Shown piece by piece: positions 1 to 11,390 of a stretch of 64,000 nt of DNA. Position numbers and translations under genes: made by a program. This DNA comes from Lytechinus pictus (taxonomy: Eukaryota). A model generated the notes under the pieces. That model did not search any database, was not told the DNA's origin, and worked only from the letters and a program-made list of their open reading frames with translations. Where the stretch lies: contig NC_087261.1 of NCBI RefSeq assembly GCF_037042905.1, positions 9,052,001-9,116,000 on the forward strand, read 5' to 3'. The first letter of the stretch is position 1. The number at the start of each line of letters is the position of its first letter.

Positions 1-1388
1 ATGTGAGGAAGTGGCCTGGATGAAAGAAAAGTGAACATGTGTCCAATTACTGATTTGCATATTCTAAGACAATTTTGTTTCTGGATAAATTTTGCTATGC
101 ATTCCCTACATTAAGAGTAAAGGAGAAGTCCACGCAATCAAAAATTCATTTGAATTTAAAGAAAAATAACAAGATATTGCAGGAAATTTCATAAAAACTT
201 TGATTCAAATTTATATAATTACTATTTTAACAGTTCCGTAAATATAACCTATTGTGATCAGATGAAGAGTTTCCTATCGTCAAATCTGCAAAGAATAAAA
301 AACAAAATGCCACAAAAAATAGAAACGAATGTGATGTGAGTGACAACTCTAATTTGCATATCATTGCTTTGTGTATATGACTGTTTTGAGTAAAAACAAC
401 AAGGGAAATCACTCTATTCAAATAATTTTTAGTTGATGTGGACTTGACTTTTAACTCTACCCCTCCCATCCCAAATAAGAGTAGAAATAATCTAATCAAG
501 AACTTGAAAATCAAAAGCAGCAATTAAGAAGCAAGATTTGATAAATACAGGTCTGAATAGAATTTCACAAGAAAATAAAAAGAGAAAAAAAAGATGGGTA
601 GGGACGGGAAGGAATAAAAAAAAAATACCCAGAAAAAAAAATCCGAGTTTCGAACCAGGGTCCTCGCACATGACAAAACAATGGCCAACGCATTTGGCCA
701 CAGACCATCGCCCTAACAGGAAGGCATTTTTAAGATATATGAAAGAAAGTCCGCTCGCCGCTGTTTCCTAATAATGCTTCGGCAATTCAACTGCAATTTC
801 AGTCATTTCGCGATGGATATTGCCGTGTTTTTTTTGTGATTCCTGACTTTGCTACTTAATGAAATTTCATAATTTTTGTTCAGTCATAAAGAAGAATGTC
901 TATGCTTTATATTGATTATAACATTAATGTGACGCAAGTGTGATTTCTACGTGAAAATATGCTTTGTTTATTCACCTATATTTCTTGAAAAAAAAAAAAA
1001 AATTCTAAGCTAAATATCGGTCACCAAAATACGTTAAATGTGCACTTTTTTTCACTGTTCAGTAAATTCAAACTTTTATCTATATAACAAGACCAATCTT
1101 AAGAGGAATAAACAATTCTAAGAGCAAAAAACGCTGATTGGAAAGATCGTCTCCAATGGGCTGCTGTCAGCTCAGCTGCTCACTGCTCATTGTGTGACGT
1201 CACTCAGCTGGAGCTCGCAAGAGGACCGGTGGAAGGCAGAAATATGGCATGAAAATAAATCATTTTTGAGAGCTGATTTCTGCAATCTCTGATCACTATT
1301 TTGAAAAGTGAAGTTATATATCTGATTAGTAATACTTCCCCTTTACAATGATGACCACATAAAGTCATTATAAAATACTTTTGATTCT

Positions 1389-2433
1389 TTGGATGTATAC
1401 TTTAAATGGTTTTGCTGTAACAAGCTTTTATTAAATGCTAGTAAAACTCAATATATTGTCTTTAGAACAAGGGGTAAACGAGTCCCTGAAGATACTAATC
1501 CATTATCAATAGGAGGCCATCAGATTAGTCGAAGTCAAGATGTAAGATTTTTGGGAGTTGTAGTTGATGATCACTTATCATGGAAAAATCACCTCAGTTA
1601 TGTTTGTACTAAGATATCAAGGAGCGTTGGTGTCATTTATAAATTACGTTTCTCTCTCCCTCAGCAGACCTTAGTAACTCTTTACAATGCTATTATTATG
1701 CCACACTTAAATTATTGTAATGTTGCATAGGGAAATACATATAGGAACCATTTAAACAAATTGCTAGTTCTTCAGAAGAAAGTTATGAGGCTCATGACAT
1801 ATTCGAATTACAGATGTCCAAGTATTCCTTTATTTCTGCAATTTAAGATTTTGCCTCTTGATGATTTAGTCTCCCTCAATTGCTTGATATTTATGTACAA
1901 ATCACAATCCTCTCAAAACTGTTCATTTTTAAAAGATGCATTTGTTGTTAACTCAAATGTCCATTTGTACAATACACGGCAGAAAAATCTTATCCACCAG
2001 CCACTTGCAAGAACAAATACTGCTTTTAATTCTTTTGTGATAGTTTGTACAAAAGAATGGAATAAGTTACCACAAAACTTTAGATCCAGTCCAACACTGC
2101 CCATATTTAAAAATTCATGTCGAAAATATTTATTTGAAAGATTACAAAATATCTTAAATTGATTCTTGATGAACCATGTGTGTTGTGTGTGTGTGCGTGC
2201 GTGTTGTGTTTGTATGTATTTTCTTATTTTCTTATTTTACTCTTTAGATTATCATTGTAAATATTTTTTTCATCTCATTATTGTTGTAATGTACTTTATA
2301 AGGGGCCCCTCTCACAAGCTCTGCTTCTATGGGGTCCCAAACCTATCATGTATTCTCATTTTTGTTAAACTATGTGATATGTCTCTTGTTCTTGATTGGT
2401 TTGAATAAATTTGAACTTGAACTTGAACTTGAA
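1389..2433 (+). mobile_element. 5'-truncated non-LTR retrotransposon (L2/CR1-like LINE): 3' end of the RT ORF, 3' UTR and (TTGAAC)n tail
   Basis: ORFs 1389-1730 and 1761-2162 share one frame and are split by a single TAG (YCNVA*GNTY, where W is expected). Motifs LLLNASKTQYIVF, RFLGVVVDDHLSWKNH, LYNAIIMPHLNYC and LQKKVMR are typical of the LINE ORF2 C-terminal region. The element ends in AATAAA followed by tandem TTGAAC repeats at about 2404-2433. Confidence 0.9.
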
Positions 2434-2732
2434 CAAATCCAAAGACAATCAGGACAACGGAAAACATTTTATGTTGTTCATTTATTGTCCATTTCCAAGA
2501 ATCATTTTACAATAAGTTTTGTTACATACATCTTAAAACAACTATTAATAAAACAAGGAAACTTTGTAAGTATAATAATCAAGATAACCATGTATCAGGA
2601 AACGGTGGAAGCTGCTTATAAGCGAAGCTTGTTGAATGCAGCTTCCTATTAAATATTCGTATGAACAATGTAAACAAAATACAAATACATGGTAGAAATT
2701 TGAGCATGAATCCAATTAAATGTATAGCTTAA

Positions 2733-2762
2733 AAGAGAAAGAAAGAAAGAAAGAAAGAAATA
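2733..2762 (+). repeat. (GAAA)n microsatellite
   Basis: Tandem gaaagaaagaaag... is directly visible. Confidence 0.8.
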
Positions 2763-3686
2763 GAAAATGAAAAAAAGCGAGATCAATAGTTCGAAAGGAA
2801 AGTTAAAATATACACACTATTTCACGGTTTCTTATAATAACCAGGTAACTGGAAGAAAAGATTGAGTAAAATCAATAAAATATTTCTGAATTAATTTAAC
2901 AAGTGACTTTTCATAAAAGGGATTGGTATACTCAATCGCCAAAAAAAGGCAAAATCGCACTTAAAATTTCTGTATACATACCAAACCTGTTTGAATGAAT
3001 TCTAGATATATTTTGTGCTTTGCAAATTATTTGATTGATGGATATGTTTTTACCATGTTCTAGTACTTGTCGTAGTTTATACATTGGTTGTTACAACATT
3101 AATGTTTTCATATTAACAATAGGACCCCATTGGAAATAGCCTTTCGGCTTTCATGGGTTTTCTTGTCAAGGTGTTCTTCCAATTTAGTGTACCTTATATA
3201 CATGTGATATACTTGACGAATAAAATCAATCAATCAGTCAAATTTCAACATTGAGTGCTTTATCGTAAAATGTTGTTGAGCTCTGCAACATTATGTTTGA
3301 CCGAGGTTTATTAAATCTTATGACTATAATTGTAGCTTTATTTATTCTGTGATATAAACGTTTGACAGGATAGTAACATTCCAGGGCAAAATAATGATAT
3401 ATTTCTTACCTAAAACATCTAAAATTTTAGCTTGAAACCCAAACGTAGACCTATGACAATGTACAGGTCTGTATATAAAATTTGCAATATTGATGGTTAT
3501 AATTATATTGAGATATTATAGAGATTTATTCTGAGGCTTATCATTTCGCATGACTATACATATTTATATAATCTGTGGGATATAATATTAGAATATTATT
3601 ATTCCCGGGCAAGAATATCCATTAAGAAATGCAACTTGTAATTAAACTTAATCATTTACTTCAATGAGTATATAAATTTACAATAT

Positions 3687-5681
3687 TCAGGACAAAGTGA
3701 AATCGCTACATCGGTTATTAACAAGCTTGTTAATCAACCATTCGGCATAATGGTGACAGTTATTGAAGAGCAACGTGTATGTATTGTAACGCATGTACCA
3801 TCGACCCAAACTATCTGCTTGCTCTCGCGTGCAGCGACTCGTGCCTTGATAGGTCCGCCATCCACGGACGCGGGTTCGCCCTAATCCGCCATCAGAGTAC
3901 GGCAGAGTACGACCACGAAATTTTGGAGACCCCCATTCGTAGAACTTATTCCTGAAGTCGACCAAAGAATGCTTAAGCCGCCATTTATTCAAGTAGACAT
4001 CACGTCGTATTTTTCCCCCGCTGGAGTGAAGACCCGGGATGTCTTTCAAAAAATCACTGAATCGATTGTGCCAGTGATTCACGCTTGCATAGTCGGCTGA
4101 TGGGTGAAATTGAAAATACAAAAAAAAATCAATGCATGAAATTAATTGTGTCCGTTTTGCAAATGAGACGAAAGTTTTTCTCCCTCCCCTCATTTTGTTA
4201 ATACATTGACAAGGAATAAAAACAATAATGAATATTGTACAGGACATCTGATAGACATTTTTATTCTCTCTTTGTAAACATAGAACAGATCTATTTCTAA
4301 ATTTTGATATATAATTCCGATAGATTTTCCAAGGTGTGGCTCTGTATGTACTAGATACACACTGCATATTCACTGAATAATACTATGCAAGAAAACCAAA
4401 TATTTACTAAAAGAGAGTCATATTATATTAACAAAAAATACACTGTTACAGGGCGCTATTTGAAATATCAAATAGCAAATATACAATAAGGTGTATCTGA
4501 TAGTGTTGTCACTTGAAAGAGTCTGTAAAAAATACAATTTGGTGCTAATTTAGAATTCAAGGAAGAAGAGAAGATNNNNNNNNNNNNNNNNNNNNNNNNN
4601 NNNNNNNNNNNNNNNNNNNNNNNNNNNNNNNNNNNNNNNNNNNNNNNNNNNNNNNNNNNNNNNNNNNNNNNNNNNNNNNNNNNNNNNNNNNNNNNNNNNN
4701 NNNNNNNNNNNNNTGATGGCGTGGTGGTGGTGCTGCAAGGAGATGATTATGATGATCATGCTGGGGCGGCGATCCTGGGGGGCCGGGGCATAGTGCCCCC
4801 CCCCCATTTTTCAAAGCACTGACCCTCTCACGAACGTGTTCTGTGCCCCTTTCACCTGAGGAGGGCCGGTTTCAGGTGGTATCAAGTGCCCTTTCTCGTA
4901 TGGGGTGCCAATTATAAACAAAAAATTCCCCTTCACGAAAGTGTTCTGTGCTTTCTCTAATCAGTGCCCCTTTTTACCCAAGAAAAGTTCCCTTCACGAA
5001 CGTGTTCAGTGCCCCTTTCATAACTGAGAAGGGCCCGTTTTATGCCGTTAGCAAGTGCTTTTACCACCAAAAAAAAAAGAAAAGGAAAGAGAGTAGGGTG
5101 AAATGAGATATTACTTTGTGAATGTTATGTAAAAATCTATCCCAAAATTGGATTTTCGTTATAAAAATGTCAATTTTTGCTCGCTCGCAAGTTGTAATAG
5201 ATTTCACGCGTTGTGACATATTAGCCGCCTCAAAATTTTAGGCTTATTACGCCACTGTAGATAAGATTTTCCCCCCTTTGTTTTAAGGTGCCCTTTTCGA
5301 AGGAAAATGTGCCCTTTTCCCCTGTACCCTCCCCCCCCCCCCTTTAAACTCTTTAACCCTACGCCGCCCCTGTGACCATGATGATGATCAAGATGATGAT
5401 GTTGGTATAGTGGTGATGATAACGATGATAATTATCTCGTGCAGATCCAGGTCGTTTTTAGCAGGAATGCTTCTCATTTCCGTTTTTTAAGAAAATGCCT
5501 CCCCCCCCCCCCCTGGAGAATCATGTCTTAATCCGATCCCGAAGATGACGAAGGATAAACAAGAATACGAATAATAAGGAGAAATATAAGAAGGGGGTAT
5601 AAAAACTATTGTTAACGTACCTGTCACAGCCGAGATAACCACAACAAGTAAGACAACGGTGAACAGGGCTGCAATCTTCAT
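3687..5681 (-). CDS. Secreted 156-aa protein with a PPPDE/DeSI-like (permuted papain/NlpC-P60) His...NNC motif; 2 exons
   Basis: Exon 1, 5681-5621, encodes MKIAALFTVVLLVVVISAVT (signal-peptide-like) and ends at a phase-1 donor (ACAG|gtacgt). Exon 2, 4096-3687, follows a pyrimidine tract and ccatcag| acceptor and continues in phase to TGA. The product includes KHSLVDFRNKFYEWG and YTLLFNNCHHYAEWL. The intron contains an N gap, so an additional exon cannot be excluded. Confidence 0.75.
4576..4713. other. Assembly gap (138 N)
   Basis: Run of n characters. Confidence 1.
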
Positions 5682-5752
5682 CTTTCTCAGCAGTTTATAT
5701 CGACGAACTGATGAATTTGTCTAGGAACATCTCATGACATCGAGACCTTACG

Positions 5753-5760
5753 TTTAAATA
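5753..5760 (-). promoter_or_regulatory. Candidate TATA box (TATTTAAA) of the secreted PPPDE-like gene
   Basis: Minus-strand TATTTAAA about 75 bp upstream of the ATG at 5681. Confidence 0.35.
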
Positions 5761-6378
5761 GGATAAATGCCAGTGCTCCAATGTCTCAAGAAGTCCAATC
5801 GCTCGTCCATAAAAATAAAAAGTGGTCCGTATAATTGCGTTTTATAAATTACGACTGACTTTAATGTTAACGTAAGCACTATCAACCAATGGAGGATTAT
5901 TTATCATGGTTTTGCAATAATTGATCATAACAATTCTCAAAAAGTGTTTGTTACGACAGGGCCCTCCCGGTCTCCAAATGTGCTGCCGATTCGAGTCATG
6001 TGATTGCTCTTGGCTTTCCTGTCGCGTTTTAGTATAGAAGCACGTCCCTCGTAATGTTATAACCTTTACAGGCTAACTAGATTGGAACCACAGACGTGAG
6101 TGGGTATGTTTTCCTGTTTCAGCGGAAGAAAACAATTGTTACATGAACATTAGAATGTATTTGTCTGCTAACAACCTTGAATTTTTTTTTCTATATATTA
6201 TTTTTAATTTGAAGTAAAATATACATTATCCAATGGAAGAGATGGGCGGATGATCGAATGTATACACTGCAAAATATGAGAAACGCCAAAAATGAGAAAA
6301 ACAGACCCCAAACTCACTCTAGCCTAAACCGCGAAAAAGATATGTAATTTTAAAACCTGGGGCATGTTACAACCGGTA

Positions 6379-7302
6379 ATGTCGCAGCAACGCATAATGT
6401 CGCAGCAACGCATAATGTCGCACCAACGCATAATGTCGCACCAACGCATAATGTCGCACCAACGCATAATGTCGCAGCAACGCATAATGTCGCAGATTGC
6501 GACATTATGCCAAGAGCGTCCGACGCATAATGTCACAGTCAACGCATAATGGGTGATTTCAAGAACGGTGTTGAAATCTGGTGTTGGTGTTGTGACAACA
6601 CCAACACCAGCCACAACACCGTACTTGAAATCAGGCTGGTGTTGGGATTGACCTCGGAAAATATGACGTATTTCCGGCAGTTCGTGTTGAATGCTGGTGT
6701 TGAATGTCGTCTGCTGAACCCAGCACTGCGGCTGGTGTTGACGATCTACGTGCAATTTCCCCATTCACCAACACCAACCCCCAGGGATTGGGAAAATCAT
6801 GATTTCAAGTTCGGTGTTGACTGTTGGTGTTGGCAATCTCAAGCTCGTGAACAGGCGGCGAACACGATGAAACAGTTAAGATGAGTACAAATCATTTGAG
6901 CTGTATATATTTTGATGAAGAATAATGTTCACTCTTTCGAATTCTTGAATTAATTAAAACATTAGTATTCTGCACGATGAGAATTTAATGCATTTCTCTC
7001 CGATTTCATTTTCGTCGTCGAGACTTCTCACGTGAAGTTGAGATGGTTTAGCAGCGCAGCGCAGAGGCGTGACGTCATGTGCTATCGATAACGCAATCGG
7101 TATCATTCCTCTGAACCCAGCTCGGTGTTGGAGCTCGGTTCAGCGGCCTTTTTACGCTCTCAACACCAACACCGAACACCGAACTTGAAATCACCCAATA
7201 TCGTAGTTTTTCTAACGCATAACGTCACATGTCGCAACGCATAATGTCGCAGCAAAGTGTCAACGCATAATGTCACATGTCGCAACGCATAATGTCGCAG
7301 CG
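6379..7302 (+). repeat. 18-bp minisatellite (ATGTCGCA[G/C]CAACGCATA)n interrupted by a TIR element
   Basis: Six near-perfect units at 6379-6490, with degenerate units to 6550 and again at 7214-7302. Confidence 0.9.
6551..7196. mobile_element. Non-autonomous TIR element (PIF/Harbinger-like MITE), AAT TSD
   Basis: Termini GGGTGATTTCAAG...CTTGAAATCACCC, with AAT on both flanks (6548-6550, 7197-7199) and internal GGTGTTG/CAACACC subterminal repeats. Confidence 0.8.
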
Positions 7303-7385
7303 GTATTTTCTTCAGGACTCGAGCTGCAGATAAGATATAAAATATGCTTTCACTAAGTATTTTGAGACACGAGAAAGAGAATTAA

Positions 7386-7763
7386 AGGTATTGTTTAACT
7401 TTGTGAGCAGCCGATTTAAAAAACTATCAAACCAAGATGAAACATGTGTACAAGTGCATGTATTAGAACTAATAAACCCTAAAAACAACCATTATTGAGA
7501 ATGAAAAGCTAAAATTACAAGGCAAACCCCGATTTTGTAAATAGGCGTCTTATAGACGCCTAAATAGTACACATAAGTGTATGGGATGAAATTAAGATGG
7601 TGTTTTCGGTCACTTTATATTTCAATTTTTGAAGCACTAAATAATCATTTTCGAACGCAATTTTTTCTGGGCTTCATTTTTGTAACATATCACAGACACA
7701 GGTGACAAGTGTGACCTTCTAGCTCAGATTTTTAAAAAGTCAAACCAATGTTAACCAATCACT
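7386..7763. mobile_element. TTAA-flanked non-autonomous DNA transposon (Kolobok/piggyBac-type TSD)
   Basis: TTAA|AGGTATTGTTTAAC ... GTTAACCAATCACT|TTAA: imperfect TIRs with a TTAA target duplication. Confidence 0.6.
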
Positions 7764-8968
7764 TTAAGTGATTTTGAAATCAGGATTACTCTTTGTATGG
7801 ATATTTATCGGTATATTGCCATTTCGTCTACTGCCTTTTTCCCCACTATCGCATGGTGTGATATCATTTCATCTACCATTAGTTAGTCAACAACTATCAA
7901 CACAACATAGTCCAATAACCATTTCGTCTAATTACCATCTCGTCTAATAGCCATGCAGTTGGTCTAATTGTATTTTTTTTCAATTGGTCCAATATCTACT
8001 TTGTCTACTCTCATTTCGCCCACGTTCCATTTGGTCTAACTTCAGTTGGTTCCCTATCACTTTTTCTAAACCCATTTCGGCTAACAATCATTTGGTATCG
8101 TTGCCATGGGTCCAATCACCAATAAGTCCAATCACCGGGATTTTCTTCAAGACTTGAGTTACATAAGTAAACAATTATTGACGGCAGCGCGAGCCGAGAA
8201 AAATAGATTTCGGATATAAGAACAGGAAACTCTTTTAATGTTTTGTAAATCGTAAAATGGATGGGTAACTAGGTATCTTCCTACATTAATGTTAATAAAG
8301 TGAGCAGAAGTTTTTTGATATTCTAATCTGAAACTGGATAATTCAAGCACGTTATAAATATATAGAACAAGCTCCATATCTCAATAAACTTGGGTGCTGA
8401 GTGCGCGTTTTTTTTTAGATTTAGACCTAGAATTTAGGCATTTTGAATACATGTTTTAATCATTTCATTTTATTTCCGTTTCACAATGTTGTATATAATG
8501 AACATATCATAAAAATAAAGAATATAACAAAACATAACATCCTATAAAACATAATAAGGCCTATACATTTGATAAACACAATTAATAACATTAAGCTGCC
8601 TTAAATGATTTTTTTAATATTTTAGAGTAAAACGGAGGGGCTGCCGAAAATAAGCAATGCTTGTATTTGAGGCCAGCCCCAAAACTTAGTTTCATTACTT
8701 AATTTTACACAAAATAATGCATAAATATAACTTCGTAATAGTAAAAACAATAATAGTAATAATTATCGATGTACACTTTGCAAAGCAAATCAGAACTGAA
8801 AAAGCATAAAAATATAAAGCAAGAGCGAAGCGCGAGCTAAAAATACTTCATATTCCAGTCCGAAAAGGGGTAAATTTAAGCACTTTTTCAAGCACTATGC
8901 ATGAAAATTCTGAAGTGGATGTGGATGCGAGCGCGAAGCGCGAGCGAAAATTTTAGCCTATATAGTAC

Positions 8969-9172
8969 ATGGTGATTTTTTTTTACCTGGTTGCTAAGAA
9001 AGCATGAATGCTTGTAATCAAGCAACCAGAGAACCGACGGCTTAAGGTCCTCTCCAAGGGACATGGTAGGCATAATGACTATTATGCCTTACCAAGGGAC
9101 ACTAACGCACCAATCAAATGCATGTCACCGAAATCAGAAACCCCCGTTTTACCGACTGAGCTATCGCGCCTC
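8969..9172 (-). mobile_element. tRNA-derived SINE
   Basis: The minus strand begins GAGGCGCGATAGCTCAGTCGGTA (A-box-like tRNA head; B-box region degraded), followed by a non-tRNA body (GTCCCTTGGTAAGGC...GGAGAGGACCTTAAGCCGTCGG) and an A-rich end. Confidence 0.75.
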
Positions 9173-10234
9173 TTTTGAGACATGAAAGATTTTTTTTTTC
9201 CAAGTCTTCACCTCACCCTATTTTATTCACTCTTCTGTCTCCTCTTATTTTTCCTCATTTTCCCTCCTCTCTTTCCCTGTTTTTCTCTTTTCTTTCGTTC
9301 CCCTTCCTTTTTTATGCGGGGAGGGGGGGGGGGGGCGGGGGGAGCCGGGCCTTTCCCTGGATCCGCTTATGCCCTGTCGGCGGATGGTAAAGGGGTTTTT
9401 TGCGCTCGCGAGCTGATCTGAACCCAAATCAGGAGTAGTACTGCAACAAGTCGGCAATGATACATAGAGTCACCGTGGAGGTCTAGTGCCAGTAGACCAT
9501 TATGGTTATAAGATGAAATGAATATGCCTATTGGACGAAATGATGATTGGACGAGATGGTGATTGGACCTATTGGTGATTGGACCCATGGCAACGATACC
9601 AAATGATTATTAGCCGAAATGGGTTTAGACAAAGTGATAGCGAACCAACTGAAGTCAGACCAAATGGAACATGGACGAAATGAGAGTAGACCAAGTGGTT
9701 ATTAGACCAATTGGCTATTAGACTAAAAGGTAATAGACGTGGTGATATTGGACAAAGTGGATATTGGACCAGTTGAAAAAAATACAATTAGACTAAATGA
9801 TAATCCAGGTCACTAGCGTACCTAAGGGGGGGGGCAGGGGGCAGACTGCCCCCTGACGAGTCACAAGCAAAAAAAAAGGAAGCGAAAAAGGGAAAGAAAA
9901 AAAGAAGAGGAAAAAGGAAAGAGAGAAAAAAATGGGGAAGGAGAAAAAGAAGAAAGAGTTTAAGAGAAAGGGGAAACAAAACCTGGACTGCAGGCTGTCG
10001 GAAAAAATGATAAACCGTCGGGCACACGGGGCTGTTCTAACTGATTTGGTTTTTTAGTTCCACCATCTTTGTCGGTAAATGTCAATTAAACTGGGTACAC
10101 TTTTATCGGTAAATTGTGATTTTTACGCAATGCGACTTTAAGAACTCTCTGTACCGATAGTAAGGATGGACTGGGCCGTCCAGGGACAGGAAAAAGGTAG
10201 AGAACAACTTTTAGGTAGTATAATTATAACAATA

Positions 10235-11390
10235 AAAATTTCGCTCGCGCTACGCACTCGCATCAATTTTTCAGTTAGGTACTTAAGATAAATGTCTATT
10301 TTTCAGGTTGAAATATCAAAAAATTTCAGCTTGCACTTCGCGCTCGCGTCAATTGATTAGTTAAAAACCAATTTGTTCACGGTTTCAAAAAGTGCTCATA
10401 ATATCCAGTTCTTAGGACTGAATATCAAAAATTTCAACTCGCGCTTCGTGCTTTCGTATAACTTTTTAGGTATGTTCATCCTGTTCATAGTAAATGAAGT
10501 GCTTAGAATGTCCGGTTTTCAGGTCGGAATATAACAAATCAAAAAAATATATAATTAGAAACCAATTTGTTCACGGTTACAAAAATTGCTTAGAATATCA
10601 AGTTCTTAGGTCGGAATATCACAAGTTTCAGCTCGAGCTTCGCACTTGCATAAATTTCCATCCTGTTCATAATTAAATGAAGTGCTTAGAAAGTAAAGTT
10701 TTCAGGTCGAAATATCAAAAGTTTTCAGCACGCGCTTCGCGCTCACACCAATTAATTCATTGTTTTTAACTACCATCTTGTTTATAGTTTTTAAAAAAGA
10801 TGCTTAGAATGTCCACTTTTCAGGTGGGAATATCTCAAATTTTCAGCTCGCGCTTTGCGCTCGCATCAATTAATTATTCAGTTAGAAAACAATAATTGTT
10901 CATGGTTACTAAAAGTGCTTAAAATATCCAGTTCTTATGTTGGAATATCAAAAGTTTTAGCTCACGCTTTGCGCCCGCTCGACTGTTTAGATACCCATCT
11001 TGTAAAACTGCTTAGAATGTCTAGTGTCCAGTTAGGAATATTAAAAATTTTAGCTCGCGCTTCGCGCTCGCATAATTTATTAAGGAAGATACCCATCCTA
11101 TTCATAGTTAAGTGCAAAAAATGTATAGTTTTAGGTCTAAATTTTTTTTTAATTCAGCTCGCGCTTCGCGCTCGCATCAATTAATTATTCAGTTAGAAAC
11201 CAATTTGTTCATGGTTACTAAAAGCGATTAGAATATCCAGTTCTTAAGTCGGAATCTCAAAGGTTTTAGCTCGCGCTCGCATAATATATTAAGGAAGATA
11301 CCCATCCTATTCAGAGTTAAGTGCACAAAATCTATCGTTTCAGGTCGAAATTTTGAGAAAATTTCAGCTCGCGCTTCGCGCTCGCAATTA
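10235..11390. repeat. ~100-bp tandem array with core AATTTCAGCTCGCGCTTCGCGCTCGCA inside a composite poly-G TIR-type element
   Basis: About 11 copies of the core at roughly 95-115 bp spacing. Flanked by CACTAGCGTACCTAAGGGGG (9811) and AAATCCTGGATCTCCCCCTG (about 11519), which resemble the termini of the 28561-28760 element. Confidence 0.8.

Noticed and set aside
1389-2162. Host gene or active retrotransposon
   Set aside because: It is a 5'-truncated LINE ORF2 remnant with an in-frame stop, lacking the RT core and endonuclease.
4097-4373. N-terminal part of the 228-aa ORF as coding sequence
   Set aside because: Sequence upstream of 4096 is AT-rich intron with a pyrimidine tract and AG acceptor. 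The likely N-terminus is the signal-peptide exon at 5681-5621.
4550-4814. ORFs containing X runs
   Set aside because: Artefacts of the N gap.
6324-6884. ORFs of 146, 61 and 111 aa with (CDIMRW)n or (IMSHQR)n repeats
   Set aside because: These are translations of an 18-bp minisatellite and a MITE, with no splice or homology support.
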